Shown piece after piece: positions 61,496 through 64,000 of a stretch of 64,000 bases of DNA. The position numbers were made by a program, and so were the translations under genes. The notes below the pieces were generated by a model. It was not told where the DNA came from. It worked only from the letters and a program-made list of their open reading frames with translations, and did not search any database. The DNA is taken from the NCBI GenBank assembly GCA_965209035.1, contig OZ242372.1, positions 1 through 64,000 on the forward strand. Reading direction: 5' to 3'. This stretch comes from Gammaproteobacteria bacterium. GTDB taxonomy: Bacteria > Pseudomonadota > Gammaproteobacteria > CBDBNL01 > JAAOII01. The first letter of the stretch is position 1; every line of letters begins with the position of its first letter.

Positions 61496-62133
61496 ACGGA
61501 TATTTGCCGTATTTGCCGATGCGTGCGAGTCAATTTGTATGAGAATCTGTGATAAACACTCAAAATTATAAGGCAAAAACTCGCATAGCCGCCATCCAAA
61601 CAGGGCTTTTTATCCCGGATCCGAGACAAACGAAAACTTCCTCTCTGCCTTTTGATTCCCTTACCCGGACGGAATGACCCGGAATGGCAAGGATGCCGTT
61701 TTCCCGGCAGGAATGAGTTGCCCCAAATGGCGCTATTGCATCGTATCACTTCCTATTATCTCAATAATAGGAAGTCATCTATGAGGCTTTTAGGCGGTTT
61801 TGGGCTGTGTTTTCCTTGATATTCCTTGATATTGTTGATTTCCTTGCTTTTGTAGAGGTTTGCCTGTATAGTTAATTGCTGTTTCCCGGGTTTGTGCGAA
61901 CAAGTCATCGCAGTCATCGCCCTGCCGATCTCTTGCGTGTTTTTCATTCGTCCGCTTTTAGGCCTTTAGGCCTTTTAGACTGTGACACAGGTATTCAACT
62001 CTTTGCAAAGTTGTACCTTTGTGTATCGTCAATGTATAATTTACAAAAGTCACTCTTATGTATTGATGTATTTGACTGACTTGCTTATTAACATTTATTA
62101 CATTCATTAAAAATTAATTAAAGGAGAAAAGAA

Positions 62134-62505
62134 ATGAAAAAACTTTACATACTAACATTATTACTATTACTACCCGGCATCTATGCCCAAGCTGTCTATG
62201 CGGAATGCCGTGCCGGCTACACGCATGATGTGGGCTTTGCTTTTACCGGTAGCAACTCTGAAAGCCGGAACAACCCGGATGACCCTGACTTTGTAACGCA
62301 GGAACGTGATTATGAGAGCAACGGTCTCGTGATTGGCGGCGAACATTGCGTCTTGAATGGTGCCAACTATGATCTTTATGTGGGTTGGGGGCTTTCAAGT
62401 TCCAGAGCCACCTTTACAGACACACGGGCAGATAACGGCAACCGAGTATCCCAGGGGAGTGCTGCCGGCACCGGGTCATCTTTGGGGATCGGTTTTAGAT
62501 GGTAA
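62134..62505 (+). CDS. Small exported beta-strand protein with an OMP-like C-terminal signal
   Basis: AAGGAG SD; signal peptide; alternating aromatic/Gly strands; ends LGIGFRW. Confidence 0.6.
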   Translation: MKKLYILTLLLLLPGIYAQAVYAECRAGYTHDVGFAFTGSNSESRNNPDDPDFVTQERDYESNGLVIGGEHCVLNGANYDLYVGWGLSSSRATFTDTRADNGNRVSQGSAAGTGSSLGIGFRW

Positions 62506-62606
62506 CCGGGTTGTGCTTCGGGCTTTGGCGGTATTACTTTCTTTGTTGGTTCTGCGGTGCTTGTTTTCGGCACAGCCATCCTAAATATTAAACATATGGC
62601 TGAAAG

Positions 62607-63230
62607 TTACCAGGCATAGCCGATAAGAAAAGCGATGTTCTGAATACTGAAATCTTCCAGTTCTCCGGTTATATCAACAGATTCGCCAAAACCGCTAATA
62701 CTGTCTGCTTTTAGATCTTCAGGCAGAGTGTATATTAGGTGTGGCCCCAAAGACAGACCGGAAGTAAAAACATGCTGATAACCCAAAGTAAATGTGGGAA
62801 GAAGAGTGCGTTCAAATGTGACTTCAACATCATCAGTTACAAATGTGCCCTGCACATCATGGATGGTGGAAGTCAAAGATGCACTCATCAAGCCACCACC
62901 GAAATAAAAGCCACTAGGAAAATGATAACGATAACCTGCTAATAAGCCTGCCAACTGATGTGTGGCAGCATAACGCTCATCGGTTTCATCAAATACTTCT
63001 GTAAACAAATAATAGTCCAATGCAAAAGCATGAGTACTACCAAAGTCAAGAAGGATACCAACACCGCTTTTAGCATCAGCACTTATCTCTCTGTCCTTAT
63101 ACTCAAAACTCTGCAGTGAATCTGCCAAATAACCGCCAGAGATTAAGAGGTTAACACTACCGGCAGCGTATGTCCCGGAAGCAAAAAATAATGTTATTAA
63201 AACGATCACTAAGTAAATAAACTTTTTCAT
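62607..63230 (-). CDS. Outer-membrane beta-barrel protein (probably 8 strands)
   Basis: Signal peptide; amphipathic strands (GYRYHF, LGYQHVF); ends FLIGYAW. Confidence 0.7.
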   Translation of the reverse strand: MKKFIYLVIVLITLFFASGTYAAGSVNLLISGGYLADSLQSFEYKDREISADAKSGVGILLDFGSTHAFALDYYLFTEVFDETDERYAATHQLAGLLAGYRYHFPSGFYFGGGLMSASLTSTIHDVQGTFVTDDVEVTFERTLLPTFTLGYQHVFTSGLSLGPHLIYTLPEDLKADSISGFGESVDITGELEDFSIQNIAFLIGYAW

Positions 63231-63269
63231 AATTTTCTTATTTTGTTTTGTCCTTTAATTTTCATCATA

Positions 63270-63482
63270 TTAATCATTATACCATTTTTGTAATGACATC
63301 TGACTGTTTTTAAGGTTGCCCTCTTTGATCCTCTGTTGGGCGATATCACAATATTCCTGCGATATGTCTATGCCCGGATAGTTTCTACCGGTTCTATTGG
63401 CAACAAGCGTCGTTGTTCCTGCTCCGTTAAAAGGATCCAGTATAAAATCACCGCGGAATAAGATAAAGTTGTTGCCTATTTG
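63270..63482 (-). pseudogene. C-terminal relic of an N4/N6 DNA methyltransferase
   Basis: Translates ...LFRGDFILDPFNGAGTTTLVANRTGRNYPGIDISQEYCDIAQQRI...*. No start codon upstream of these motifs, and the catalytic motif is missing. Confidence 0.85.
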
Positions 63483-64000
63483 TTAACTGCCTCGCAGATA
63501 GCCATATTGCTCAATCATTTGATTTGTAGTCAAACTTCTCTTATTCCAAAGATGTTGCTTAATGGATTTTAGAAGATGTTCAACAACATCTGGTTGTATC
63601 TTATTTGGGTTCTTCTTGGGGCGACATTTTCTAAGGACATAAATATTATCTATTTGTGAAGTTTCAATGTCCACCTTATCACTGACATCATAAGTTTCTG
63701 CCACTATGTAAAACAAGCACCACGGATTGCCATTCTTAATTTTACTTGCCGTTGAAACACTGCCTTCCGGCATTGTTTTATCCAAGTAAGTTTTGCATTC
63801 TATGCAGACAATCGGAACAAAAATTTTGTATTCTTTCCCGTCGCCGGTTGTTAATTTTTCAATTTTGAAAATACCAACATCTTGATTCTTTTCATTGACC
63901 TTCAGTTGCAAGTTACTCTTAAAACTTTCTTGATCAGTATAGTGGAAATACATGCTGGAATAGGCTTTTACGGGACCATATTGCAAAACATCATTCCCTA
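63483..64000 (-). CDS. Bpu10I-family restriction endonuclease, 5' partial
   Basis: KNQDV...VPIVCIECKTYLDKTM motif; adjacent MTase relic. Confidence 0.7.
   Translation of the reverse strand, partial: GNDVLQYGPVKAYSSMYFHYTDQESFKSNLQLKVNEKNQDVGIFKIEKLTTGDGKEYKIFVPIVCIECKTYLDKTMPEGSVSTASKIKNGNPWCLFYIVAETYDVSDKVDIETSQIDNIYVLRKCRPKKNPNKIQPDVVEHLLKSIKQHLWNKRSLTTNQMIEQYGYLRGS

Overview
64 kb of bacterial chromosome, most likely a Gammaproteobacterium (proA-nadD-rsfS-mrdA-rodA-mltB, trpE, lysS, acpS, ygfZ). Its surface lipoproteins resemble those of marine host-associated taxa; that is an inference. Layout: (1) 1-15.1 kb is an AT-rich glycan-modification island built almost entirely from local paralog expansions: 3 O-fucosyltransferase-like genes, an (A-B)x2 tandem duplication of GT-like genes, 3 polysaccharide pyruvyl transferases plus a relic of a fourth, 2 GT2 enzymes and a decayed coxC fragment. 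(2) A liv-type ABC importer, azlCD, a 5'-nucleotidase and acpS. (3) A co-oriented defence cluster at 23.3-30.7 kb: XRE-HTH/ImmA peptidase, DUF4411 PIN, type III Mod and Res, and a single-chain DarT toxin-macrodomain fusion. This is the best candidate for an undescribed system. (4) trpE-azlC-azlD-Pif1-like helicase, a HAD hydrolase, an ABC exporter, and ygfZ with no canonical start codon. (5) Modular surface lipoproteins: two kexin-like S8 proteases, a third relic copy hit by an IS1595-like miniature element, and an FN3/GLUG protein frameshifted at a C25 tract. Also here are a MauE-like gene and a hendecad coiled-coil gene, each between direct repeats. (6) A cell-wall operon, an orphan MTase, lysS, two beta-barrel-like genes and a Bpu10I-like REase with a truncated MTase. 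Short tandem micro-duplications occur at many gene boundaries. I found no rRNA, tRNA, CRISPR array, integrase or reverse transcriptase. All family calls come from motif recognition by eye, not from database searches.
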